DNA from: Azolla caroliniana
Lineage: Eukaryota > Plantae > Polypodiophyta
Direction of reading: 5' to 3'
NCBI GenBank assembly: GCA_043228905.1
Contig: JBHGNT010000010.1
Span: forward strand, 1,302,001-1,366,000
Length of the DNA: 64,000 nucleotides
Shown in pieces: positions 24,601 to 37,237 of this stretch; the stretch's first letter is position 1, and the number at the start of each line of letters is the position of its first letter. The position numbers were made by a program, and so were the translations under genes. Below the pieces are notes generated by a model. It ran no database searches, was not told the DNA's origin, and saw nothing but the letters and a program-made list of their open reading frames with translations.

Positions 24601-26929
24601 AGCTTCTTGCCGGATTCCCTTTCCACTCTCGCGTGGAGTTCTTTGAAGACGCACAACACTTGGTCCTTTGTCTTCAACGGTGCCGTCCACAGCTTCCGGC
24701 TGTGATCATCAATGAATGTTATGAAGTACTGGGCTCCGCCATGTGACTTCGTTTCTACCTGACACACATCAGTGTGCACCAACTCCAATGGTGCGCTACG
24801 TCTCGTCGGTGGCCTTGAGTGGAAGGAGGTTCGGTTCTGCTTACCGGCCAGGCAATCGGTGCACTTCTCCAGGTGCACATGCTTCACTGGAATAAGGTTG
24901 TCTTCTGCAAGCCTCTTCATCCCCTTCTCACTCATGTGGCACAGTCTCTTGTGCCACAGCTCACCGGCAGTGTCAGCTGCCACGTTCAGCTCCTCCGGAC
25001 ATAGCCGGGAATTCATCAGGTACAGTGTGTTGACCTTCCGGGCCCGAGCCACTATCAGGCTCCCTTTGCTGAACTTCATGACACCGTTCCGGATGCTACC
25101 CGTGTAGCCTTCATCGTCTAGCCTCCCGGCCGAAATCAGGTTCAATCGAACCTCCGGAACGTGTCGAACATCCTTCAGCAGCATCTTGCATCCGGTTGAT
25201 GTCATTAGCCACACGTCTCCTATGCCGGCAATCCGGCATGTACCTTCATTTCCCATCCGGACACAGCCGTGCTCACCGGCTGTGTAGGATGAGAAGTATT
25301 TCTTCTCCGGGGTCAGGTGGAACGACGCTCCGAAATCGACCACCCAGGTCATCTCTTCACTGGCAAGGTTCAGCTCCCTCTCTTCGGTAATGAGCATTAT
25401 CTCTTCTTCACTTGCCGCGAGTGCCGTCGTTCCTTTCCGGTCCTGCCCTCGCCGATCCGGACCTCTCCGGTCCGTGGCTCCCCGGTATGCACCGTTTCTC
25501 TCCGGTGACTTCTTCGAATCGGTGTCGTCGGCTCCGTTGTCCTTTCGGTAATGCCGACAATTCTTCCGGAAGTGCCCCGGCTTCCCACAGTGGAAGCATG
25601 TGGGTCTTCCTCTTGACTGCGACCGGGTCCCCGACTTCTCCCGTCTTTGCGGACTCCGGTTCCATTGTCTTCCCCGTTCCGATTCGGTAAGCAGCGCCTT
25701 CGAGTCGGAGGCCGGTTCTTTATCTCTCCGACGCGCTTCTTCGTTCAAAATACTTGTCTTTACCGTTTGTAGGGACAAGTTATCTTCCGTGCAGGAGGTG
25801 CTCAGAGTCACCACCAAGTTCTCCCAGCTTTCCGGCAATGTACACATCAGAATGATGGCTTGCATTGCATCCTCCAGCGGGAACTTGATCGCCGCAAGCT
25901 GGTTCACGAATCCCATGAACGTGCTTACGTGTTCCACCATACTCTCGCCGTCCCGGTACTTGAGGTTCACTATCTTCCTCATCAGGGAGGTCCGGTTCAA
26001 CGCATTCTTCCTCTCGTAGAGGCCCGACAGCTTCCGCCACATCTCATATGCATTGATGTCGTTCGCCACATGTTGTAGAACGCTCACGTCAACGTATTGC
26101 CGAATGGTTGCAACGGCTTTCCGGTTCAGAAGCCTCCATTCCGACTCAAGTACCCCCTTCGGTATTTCCGACCTGTCAATCGGTTCGTACAGGTCCCGAA
26201 CAATCAGAAGATCCTCCATCTTGATCTTCCAGTCGGCGTAATTCTGCGCATTCAGCACCATCATCCCCGGCTGCCCGCTGCCGCCGCCTTCCATTTTCTG
26301 CAGCAGCTCGCTCTGATACCAAATTGATGGAAATAATCGACACTTTCCAAACTTCACCTCTCGGCCACAACCAAGGAAACACACGAATCGTTGTTGCAGA
26401 AAATGGGTAATGCAAAAGGAAATAAGTGGACACACGATTTAACGTGGAAAACCCTGTACGGGAAAAAACCACGGGAGTACAAGACTCCGAACCAAAACTA
26501 TGCACAGAGAAATATACAATGGCGAGTTGCAAGGCGACGACCTTGAGCTCGCTGTCCTCGCCACAGGCGGCGGAATTACACAGAGGCGTCGACCTCTTCG
26601 TCTCTCACGCTCTATCTCGCTCACGGCTGCTCTCTCTTCACTCCTCTTGAGTGGAAAAACAGAAAAATGAGTAGCAACATCAAAACTGTTTGCCCTAAGT
26701 CATATTTATACACATATGACTTTAGGGCTATTTACAACTATAGCCTCAAGGGCCCTTGGCAAACATATTCACAGATATGTCCCCGCATCCGGATCTCTCT
26801 CCGGGTACATTCGTCGTCCGGCTCCGAAGTCGGGGTCTTCATCATCCGGTTCCGAAACCGCAACCGGGCTTGTCGTCATTCATCTCCGGACATCCGACCA
26901 TCCCATCCGGAGGGACCGTAATCCCAACA
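21606..26929 (-). mobile_element. Ty1/copia E (Tnt1/Tork-like), very young
   Basis: 605-bp LTRs 21606-22210 and 26325-26929 with one mismatch seen; TSD AATGC; PBS TGGTATCAGAGC (tRNA-iMet) 26310-26321; PPT 22211-22220. Confidence 0.97.
22221..26294 (-). pseudogene. E Gag-PR-INT-RT-RH polyprotein with one in-frame TGA at 23127-23129
   Basis: ORFs 23127..26435 and 22221..23117 share a frame; knuckle CFHCGKPGHFRKNC; VDFGAS (normally DSG); YVDDML; RTKHI. Confidence 0.92.
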
Positions 26930-26971
26930 AATGCATCCTTCCCGATACCCCACTAATGCATCCCGAATCGG

Positions 26972-29900
26972 TGTTGAGAATCAAGCTCAACTTGGTCTAG
27001 TGTGTGAACTCACCTTGAGAGTGAATAGACACTCCAACGGTCAAGAGTCACCATTAAGTCACCTCTTTGTATTCTAGCATTTAGTATGAGTCATAGAATC
27101 ATATTCTATGACACATAACTTACGAGCTTTCACATTCCCCATGCTCCATGAGCCTTGTAGTTAATGAAGAGAGAGGGTGACTACATAAAGCACCCTCCTC
27201 CCACATTGTACGTAGTTGAGTCTTTCTCCTTGTCAATATACTTTTACCTTGCATATTCTTTGTGTTTCTCTCTCTCTCTCTCTTACACACACACATAACT
27301 CACATCTCTTCCGCTTCACAAGAATCCATCTCTTGATTCTTTACATGGTATCAGAGCGATTTGGTAGCTCAATCTAGCCCATTCGCCTCATCGTGATCGT
27401 GTGTTGTGCTCCACGCCGACGACCAAGAACCGGCCCATCGCTATTGTAGCTTCGCTACATAGATCACATCCGAAGAGAGAAGAAGAAGAAGAATCAACAT
27501 AATGAATACTCAAATGGGGAGCGCTCTCCCTACAGAGAAGTTGGATCGAAACAACTTCGCATCTTGGGAGTACAAGATGCACCAATACCTTGTCGGACAA
27601 GGCTATTGGAGCTAAATCAAAGGAGCGCATGAAGACCGACCCGCCGAAGCGGCTCCCGGATACGCAACATGGGAACAAGCCGCAAGCCGCGTGATGTATT
27701 GTTTGGTGACATGTGTTCACGACGACATGCTCGGTTACATTCGAGAAGCCAAGACGCCGAAGGAAGCGTGGGAAAACCTATGAAAGATTTTCGCCGCCAA
27801 CACGACCGCGAGGAAGCTTCAACTCCGCCAAGAGTTGAACAACATTCAACAAAGGGATATGTCTATCACGACATACACCTTGAAGATCAAGGAGCTTTGC
27901 GACTCGCTCGGTTCAATAAGCGTAAGTATAGATGATGATGAGATGTTCCAAATATGCCTCGGCGGCCTCGCACCATGGTTCGGCGTGATGCGAACCGCCG
28001 TTCTAGCACGGGAGAAATCTCCCTCCTTCTTCGAGCTCCAATCGATGGTATTGGTTGAAGAAAACCACGTGCGTACAAGGAGCAATGAGTCGGAAGGGCA
28101 CATGCTCTACACGCACTCTAATGGAGGAAGAGGACACGGACGAGCGAGAGGCCGATTCGGCCAAGGACAAGGCGGACGAGGTCCAACCTACGACAACAAC
28201 TCCCAATTTCGGCCGCAAAACGGAGGCCAACGAGGAATCTTCACAAGAAGGGGGAGCTTCCACTCCGGCCCGAGCCGTCAAAACGCAACCGAATGCGGAT
28301 ATTGCGGAAAGCTCGGCCAGCACGAAGAAGAGTGCCGAAAGAAGATGCGTGAATCGGCTTCCACAAGCCGACAACTCACGAATTACGCGCACAATTCCGA
28401 CTACGAAGAGTATAGCGGAATGTATGGGCACAACTCCGACTACGAGGATCGTGGCGGAATGTACGTATACAATTCCGACCGTGGCGGAATGTTCATGATG
28501 AAACATAGAGCAAAGTCTATGTCGGCCTCTACCTCAACTAGTGCCCTCAATCCGGAGGACGTATGGTTTGTTGACTCCGGAGCCTCAAACTATATGACAT
28601 CCCACAAAGAATGGTTTCTCGAACTTCGAGAACCGGAGCGACCCGGTTATGTCGAAACCGGAGATGACACTACGCACCCGATTCGGCACATCGACAATGT
28701 TCCGTTCGGCAAACGAGGTAAGCAAACATACATTAAAAATGTCTTGCATGTACCCACTATCACAAAGAATTTGGTCTCGGTCGGCCAAATGGTTGAGCAA
28801 CGGATGGAAGTACGATTCGACCAAGAAGGGTGCTTCATCGAAAAAGAAGGTTGAATCATCGCACGTGGAAGAAGAGAGGGCCGGATGTTCATTCTCGATT
28901 CGCACGAGATGAAATCCGCCATGTTCGCGAAAAGCACAAAAGCCGACTCCGACATAGAGCTATGGCATAAGCGAATCGGCCACATCAATCTCAACCAACT
29001 CAAAGCAATGAAATCGAAAGGAGTTGTCATCGGACTCCCGACATTCAAAGAGAAGGAGATTGAAGGTATATGCGAAGCGTGCCAATTCGGCAAGCAACAC
29101 CGACACCCATTTCCGAAGGAGCGGAATGTGAGCAAAGGCGTACTCGACGTAATTCATTCCGATGTGTGGGGTCCGGCTCAAACGGCGACATTCGGCAGAT
29201 GCCGATATTACGTGTTCTTCATCGACAACTTCTCTAGGCACACTTGGATCTACCCTATGCGGCAAAAGAGCGAAGTGTTCGGACACTTCCAAAATTTCAA
29301 GAATGAAGTCGAGAAAGCCGCGGGTCGACATGTACGATGCCTTCGATCGGATGGCGGCAAAGAGTACTTCTCGGACGATTTCACGACGTACCTCCGAAAG
29401 GAAGGAATTCGGCGAGAATTCACTTGCCGACACACTCCGCAACAAAACGGAGTAGCCGAGCGCAAAAATCGGCACATCCTCGAAGTAGCGCGGGCCATGA
29501 TGAACGAGAAGCATATGCCCAAGTCATATTGGGCCGAAGTGGCAAATACGGCCGTCTACCTAATGAACCGCTGCACAACATCCGGCGTGCACGAGGTCAC
29601 TCCGCATGAAAGATTCTTCAGAAAGAAGCCGAACCTATCACATGTTCAGATATTCGGCTCCATTGCGTACGTGCACATCCCCGACGAGAAGCGTCAAAAG
29701 CTTGACCCGAAGTCTAAGAAATGTATCCTCGTAGGATACTCACTGGAGCAAAAGGGGTACAAGTGCTACAACCCCTCAACTCGAAAATCTCGAGTAAGTC
29801 GAGACGTCGTTTTTGTCGAGTCCGCATCCTGGTACGCACTAGAGACAACTTCGCCACTGACTCCGCTCGACCCGGAATCTGCCGAACAAGAGATCGAGGA

Positions 29901-32321
29901 TGAAGATCGCCCTACGCGCATGATCGAAGAAAGTCCGATTACGACCCGACTGAGCGGACCACTAGAGCCTTTGAGCAATCAAAGCACATCACGGCCTAGC
30001 CCGAAGATGGACAAAGGCAAGGCGAAAATGGCGGAATACGAAGACGATCGCTTCACCGACGATGAGTCAACTCACTAACTCGACAGTGAGTTCGGCGGTT
30101 TCGAGGTACCAATCGGAGCAAAGAAAGCCCTCATCTCTGCAAATGAAAAGCTCCGCCGATCCACTCGTGAAAAGAACCCCGTAAGTCGATTCGGCTACAA
30201 CGATTATATGGCGTACCATTACGCCTTTATGATGAAGGTAGCGACAGTACGGGAGCCGGAAACCTTTACGGAAGCCGTGAAGGACCCGCGATGGATCGTA
30301 GCAATGAACGAGGAGATGCAGGCACTACGGAAGAACGAGACGTGGGATCTCGTTCCCACCTCACCACACAAAAAGGCGATCGGATGCAGATGGATCTACA
30401 AGGTGAAGTATAACGCCGATGGCTCCGTAAACCGCTACAAAGCTCGACTCGTAGCGAAAGGATACGCTCAGACGCATGGCGTCGACTACGAAGAGACCTT
30501 TGCCCCGGTGGCAAAGATGACGACAGTGCAGACTGTAATTGTGATTGCCGCGGCGAAAGGGTGGCACCTCCATCAAATGGACGTCAAGAACGCCTTTCTA
30601 CAAGGCGAATTAGTAGAGGAGGTGTACATGATCCAACCATCCGACTTCAACTCGAGCACCCATCCGAAAGCTGTATGCCGACTCAAGAAGCCACTCTACG
30701 GCCTCAAGCAAGCACCGCGTGCTTGGCATTCGAAGATAACGCAATATCTTCATCAAATTGGCTTCCGTATGTCAAAATCGGACAACTCCCTCTACATACG
30801 AAGCGATTCCGCAAGTCCGATAATCATCATTTTATATGTGGATGACCTAGTCATTGGAGGTGAGCATCTCGTCGAAATCAATAAGGTCAAATCCCTCCTT
30901 TTCGACAAGTTCGAGATGACGGACATGAAGGAGCTCCACTACTTCCTCGGCATCGAGGTAATTCAAACTCTGGCCGGAATCATGATCTCTCAACGGCACT
31001 ACATCCTCAACTTGTTATACAAGTTTGGGATGGCTGAGTGCAAATCCGTGGCAACCCCGCTCGATCGTAATCTCAAACTAGATGCACACTCCGGCACCAA
31101 AGTGTGTGAGCCGACTTAGTATCGGCAACTCATCGGGAGTCTCATCTACCTCACAATCACACGACCTGATCTCAATTATCCGGTCGGTCTCCTTAGCCAA
31201 TTCATGCAAACACCGCGTGATACTCACTTGGATTGCGCTAAGCGAGGTCTACGATATGTGAGCAGCACAATGGATTTCGGCATCCTCTATAAGACCACGA
31301 TGCCAATACGCCTCGAGGGGTACACAAACGCCGATTGGGCCGGCTACAAAGCCGATAGAAGATCAACCTCCGGATTTGTTTTCCCCCTCGGCAGTGGAGC
31401 AATATCCTGGAGTAGCAAGAAGCAGCCTACCGTCGCTCTTTCGAGTACGGAGGCGGAATATAGGGGCGCAGCCGTAGCTGACTGTGAAGCCGTATGGCTC
31501 AAGCGGATCTTGAAGGATCTGAGCGTACCCATCAAGGATCCGACTTCCCTTTACTGCGACAACATGAGTAGTATCTATTTGGCTCGGAACCCGGTGTTCC
31601 ACGCGCGGACAAAGCACATCGAAGTGCACTATCACTTCATCTTAGAGCGCATTTTGGCTGGTGATGTCGATCTACAACACATTAGCACCAATCTTCAAAC
31701 AACCGACATCTTCACTAAAGCCTTAGGAGCCGACAAGCTATGGCAATTCATGACCGATCTCTGACCTGCCAAGCTTGAGGGGGAGTACTGAAGACACTAC
31801 ACAATAACGCGTGGATTCCGCAAACCACGCGAAGATCTACCGTGCAAAGCCACGAAGAAAGACGCAAGCCGAAGCACAGACTTCGCAACTACGCACAATG
31901 CAAGCTGGAGCATGGATTCCACAACTCCGCATAAAGCGAGTCGACACGAGTCGACGCGGACCCTGGAACACGAGTCGAAGTGGATTTCGGATACCGTCTG
32001 AAACCGACCCGACTTGAGCTTGAGGGGGCATGTTGAGAATCAAGCTCAACTTGGTCTAGTGTGTGAACTCACCTTGAGAGTGAATAGACACTCCAACAGT
32101 CAAGAGTCACCATTAAGTCACCTCTTTGTATTCTAGCATTTAGTATGAGTCATAGAATCATATTCTATGACACATAACTTATGAGCTTTCACATTCCCCA
32201 TGCTCCATGAGCCTTGTAGTTAATGAAGAGAGAGGGTAACTACATAAAGCACCCTCCTCCCACCTTGTACGTAGTGGAGTCTTTCTCCTTGTCAATATAC
32301 TTTTACCTTGCGTATTCTCTG

Positions 32322-32366
<45 letters not shown>

Positions 32367-32424
32367 CACACACATAACTCACATCTCTTCCGCTTCACAA
32401 GAATCCATCTCTTGATTCTTTACA
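26972..32424 (+). mobile_element. Ty1/copia F, degenerate
   Basis: LTRs 26972-27345 and 32031-32424; TSD ATCGG; PBS TGGTATCAGAGC 27346-27357; PPT 32022-32030. Confidence 0.96.
27514..31764 (+). pseudogene. F polyprotein with several stops and frameshifts
   Basis: Knuckle CGYCGKLGQHEEEC; VDSGAS; integrase HSDVWGP...SDGG...AER; RT YVDDL; RNase H ARTKHIE. Confidence 0.9.
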
Positions 32425-33198
32425 ATCGGCCTAATAAGCACATTGCTTAGCGGCTCAGCCTTGGCATGGTTCGCTCCGCTTGTAGAAAAACAATCGCCCT
32501 TGCTTTATAACTTTGAAGACTTTATTAGTGAGTTTAAAGCATGCTTTGGAGATACAGACAACATCAGGACGACGATCAACAAAATCCGATGATTGTGTCA
32601 AGGTGATCATCGAGCCTCTGCCTACGTGGCGGATTTCCGTCTACTCGCCTCAGATATCCCCTGGGATGATCAGGCACTAATGGAGCAGTTTCGCTACGGC
32701 TTGCGAAACGATGTCAAAGATTTACTCCTAACCTTCCCCGAAGAACCAAAGTCTCTTACAGAGGCAATCAGTCGATCGGTCTGATGCGACAACCGCCTTT
32801 TCGAACAACGTTCTGAACATCAATTACAAATACCATGCCCTAGGCCAGAGCCCACAGATGCCTCAGTCGCGGCTAAACTATTTGCACAAGATGTATCTCA
32901 AGAAAATCCACCGACACCGATGGAGATCGACACCATGTGTCGACGTGGCCCGTTATCGGAAGAAGAAAAGCAGCATCGACGTGCAAATCGATTATGTGTT
33001 TATTGCGGTGGACCAGGGCATATCGCAATCAACTGTCCCCATAGGCCAAGAAGACAGGTAAATCAAATCGTAGCCTGTACTAAACCCGAATCAATTCTTC
33101 CCTTAGGAGTGTCTGATAGTATTAATAATATTAATAGGCCAAGTATCTCAAACAAATTTGAAATCCTTAGTCAATTAGAAGAAGAGTTAAACGACTGA

Positions 33199-36100
33199 GT
33201 CCAGCCAAAATAGGAGCTGTTTGGTTGGACAACCCTTGATTTGTACAACCCATTAGTGGTTCCATTCCCTCAAAGCAAGTCAGCAATGTGTTCTTAGCCC
33301 AAGTCATGGTTAGTACTAAAAGTACTCCTTCAGTACACGTCCTAGCACTTTTAGATTCCAGAACCAATTCCTGTTTCATGGATCGAAATTTTGCCCAAGC
33401 TTCTCAGATATCCTTAAGAAAACTTCCTTGCCCCTCATCTGTAGTAGTCATTGATGGTCGTCCCATTGCTTTCGGGAATATTGTAGAAGAGTCCGAACCC
33501 ATTCAAGTTGTCCTAGGTAGTTTTGTGTGTGTGGTATCATTTAATATAATTAGTGGTCCAAAGCATCCCATTGTCCTGGGATTACCTTGGTTTGAATTAC
33601 ATAATCCAAACATGGATTGGAGAACAAGAGAAGACCAATATCGACAACCCCAAGAATCTACTCATCGAGTCTTGACCATTTCACTCCATCAACTACGCGA
33701 AGAAGGACACAAGGAGGCAATGTTTCTATTTGCAATATCAATACATCATTCCAGCAATATTAAGAAGGAATCCTTAGTGCAACTTCCGGCAAAATATCAT
33801 CCTTATGCCGATGTATTTGACAAGGTAAAAGCCGGTACTCTTCCTCATCATCGTCCCTACGATTGTCCCTACAATTTACAACCAGGAACAGAGCCACCAT
33901 GGGGACCAATTTACAACTTGTCACCAACCGAGTTAGAAGTCCTTCGATCCTACATAGAGGAGAACTTGGCACGCGGGTTTATTCGTCATTCGAAATCTCC
34001 GGCCGGTGCACCCATCTTCTTTGTCAAGAAGAAAGATGAATCACTTCGTCTTGTCATTGATTACCATGGCTTGAATAAGGTCACCATCAGGAATAGGTAT
34101 GCACTTCCTCTTATATCAAGTCTTTTAGAGCGAGTAAATAGTGGCAAGTTTTTTACAAAAATCGATCTACTAGGAGTGTATAACCTCGTGCGGATCTGAC
34201 CGGGAGAGGAATGGAAGACCGCCTTTCACACGCGGTATGGGCATTTACAGTATACCGTTATGCCGTTCAGTCTAACTAATGTGCCCGCAATCTTCCAGCA
34301 CATGGCAAATGATATACTCAGAGACCTCTTGGATATCTATTTAATCATCTATCTGGATGATCTATTGATTTATTCGACGACCCAGGAAGAGCATGATTCT
34401 CATGTATTATTAGTACTAAAACGACTCCGAGAGAATGGTCTTTATGCCAAACTAGAAAAATGTAGCTTTGACTGCAAGTAAGTGGAATTTCTAGGCTACG
34501 CCATCTCCTCAAAGGGCATCTCCATGGATCAAGCTAAACTCAAAACTGTGCTAGAGTGGCAAACTCCACGTTCATTACGAGATGTAGAATGTTTCCTAGG
34601 TTTTGCTAACTTCTACCGCAAGTTTATACAAGATTACTCGAAGATTATTTTACCTCTCACATAGCTTACGAAGAAGGGACACGCATTTCTTTGGTCCAAT
34701 GACGCATATATGGCTTTTAGGCATCTTAAGAAAGCCTTTATATCAACTCCTATTCTAGCTCATGTGGATACAAACAAACCATTCATCATGGAGGCCGACG
34801 CATCGGATTTAGCCCTTGGTAGCATCCTTTCTCAACAAGGAGATAAAGAAGAGTTACATCTTGTGGCTTTCCATTCACGCAAATTTGATGCTGCGGAAAT
34901 CAACTATGAGATACATGACAAGGAGTTATTAGCCATCGTGGATTCATTTGTGCAATGGCGGCACTTCTTAGAGAGCTCTCCACATCAGGTCATCATCTTC
35001 AGTGATCACAAAAACCTTGCTTATTTCTAAAACGCTCATGTACTAAATCGACGACAAGCTCGGTGGGCCCAATTCCTCACGCGTTTTGACTTCAAAATTA
35101 CATATCGATCAGGGAAGCAGGAAGGAAAAGCAGATGCACTATTGCGGCGTTCATATCTTGCACCTCGTCCTGGTGATCCAACGTTTGATAATCAAAAGTA
35201 GGTAATTTTGGGACCAACACGTTTGCACACAACGCGGATTTTTCACACTCCACTAGATTCTTGGATTATCGATGCCATACGTGCTAACCTGAAGAAAAAC
35301 AGTTTTGCTCAAGCCATTCTAGCGCACATTGATACCTCTTGGGCATCCAGTTCCCAGTCTCAACAACCAGGTATGGACTACCGACAATTCGAATATCATG
35401 ATGGTTTATTGTTCTTTAAAAAGCTCATATATGTTCCCGATTGCTCTTGTCGCCTTCAAATCGTCCAAAATTGTCATGACACCCATACATCGGGACATTT
35501 CGGTAGTACGAAGACATTGGATCTAGTTCAATGATCCTTTTCTTGGCCCCATATGCGACGTTTTGTCGATGACTACGTTCGGACCTATGATGCTTGCTGC
35601 CGAGCAAAGATGCCACGACATCATCCATATGGCTTGTTGGAACCCTTATTGATTCCAAGTAAGCCGTGGCAGTCTATTTGTCTTGATTTTATCATAGATC
35701 TGCCGGTCTCGAAGGGTTTCGATGCTATCTTAACCATTGTTGATCGATATACTAAGATGGCACATTTTGTGCCGTGTACTAAGGCCATCACTAGTGAGGA
35801 AACCGCCGCCCTTGTCATGCGTGAGGTATTTCGGCACCATGGCCTCCCAGACAGTATCATCAGTGACTAAGGACCTCAATTCATCTCCAAATTTTGGAAG
35901 CATCTCTTCAAGATTCTCAAGGTCTCTTGTAACCTCTCCTCCGGCTACCATCCCCAGACCGATGGGCAGGCAGAATGAACAAATCAAACGCTAGAACAAT
36001 ACCTCTGGTGTTTTCTGAGTTATCAACAGGACGATTGGGCTGATATTCTCCACTTTGCGGAGTTTTCTTATAATAACGCTATTCACTCCTCGACTCGGGT

Positions 36101-36760
36101 CTCCCCATTTTACGCTTATACTAGTTCTCATCCTCGTTGGTTTGTGATCGACACCCCGGAGCTACCTACCAATCCTCGTGTCGAGGATCATTTGGAGAGG
36201 CTACGCAAGATCCAGATGGATCTCTCTACTCATCTTCGTCATGCTCAACACACACAGAAGACTTATGCAAATCGTCATCGGCTTCCCTCCTCTTTTGCCA
36301 TCGGAGATTGAGTATGGCTGCTACGTCGTCACATCAAGACTACTCGACCGTGCGACAAGTTAGATTATCGACGACTCGGTCCTTTCCATATTACCGGTAA
36401 GGTTAATGATGTCACATTCCTCCTTGATATTCCTCCGCATCTTCAGATACATTCGTTCTTCCATAGTTCTCTTCTTGAACCTTATAAAGCAAACACTATT
36501 CCCGATCGTGTTACACCACCGCCGCCCCCCCTTGAGTTAGATGTTGGCTCGAAGTATGAAGTTGCTGCCGTCCTCGACTCCAAATTTGTTCGCAACAAAC
36601 TTTATTATTTGGTGGATTGGCTTGGCTATAGTCCGAGCGAACGTACTTGGGAACCTGTCGAGCATGTCGCCAATGCTCAAGATCTTCTTGCTGATTTCCA
36701 CCAATAGTATCCGAACAAACCTGGTCCTCAATCAGCGCCGACTCATTACACTCGTCGTCT
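33199..36760 (+). pseudogene. pol: D pol (PR-RT-RH-INT-chromodomain) with many nonsense codons
   Basis: LLDSR (for DSG); IYLDDLLI; EADASD; YEIHDKELLAI; HPQTDGQ; GPF; chromodomain YEVAAVLDSK...YLVDWLGY...TWEP at about 36555-36705. Confidence 0.9.
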
Positions 36761-36774
36761 TAAGGGGGGAAAAG

Positions 36775-37232
36775 TGTCATGATATGGCAAACCTCAAACC
36801 CATGACCTTATGATATATGGGTCGAGCTCTTGACCATTATACCATCTATTGTAATACGTAGGATATTATTTTCATTTAAGTTTTATTATAGGAAATTAAT
36901 GTATATTCCAGATTTCTTGGGAACATTCTAGAAGCTTCAGGACTCCTCCTAAGAACACTATAAAAGGAGGCACAAGGCATTATGTTGAACCAAATTGGTT
37001 CAATGCTAGTCTTAAGCCTCATAGCCATCTTGTACTTACTCTTCCTATAATATATCATTTGTTATCATCATCTCTCTCTCTCTCTCGTCCTCGCTATCTC
37101 TCTCTTTCTCTCTCTCTCTCCTCTTCTCTTTCCTCTCTCTCGGGAGTCTTAAGCAGTTCTGTCCTCTTAGTACTAATAGTACTTCCCTTCTCCAGTACTA
37201 ATTCTCTCTCTATTTTAGTACTATTCCTGATA
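36775..37232 (+). repeat. D 3' LTR
   Basis: Diverged copy of 20752-21206; terminal CA changed to TA; followed by GCCAT. Confidence 0.92.
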
Positions 37233-37237
37233 GCCAT

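Larger units (their letters stand above)
21275..33198 (+). pseudogene. gag: D gag, split by two copia insertions (pieces 21275-21605, 26935-26971, 32430-33198)
   Basis: Removing E and F restores ...IQMHPSRYPTNASRIGLISTLLSGSALAWF...; PMEID motif; knuckle CVYCGGPGHIAINC; several stops. Confidence 0.85.
20752..37232 (+). mobile_element. Ty3/gypsy chromovirus D (Tcn1/Tf1-like), decayed, containing copia E and F
   Basis: LTRs 20752-21206 and 36775-37232; TSD GCCAT on both sides; PPT 36762-36774; gag, PR, RT (YLDD), RH, INT and chromodomain remnants. Confidence 0.93.

Noticed and set aside
26295-26435. N-terminal extension of the copia E polyprotein
   Set aside because: Runs through the LTR and PBS; the likely start is MEGGG at 26294
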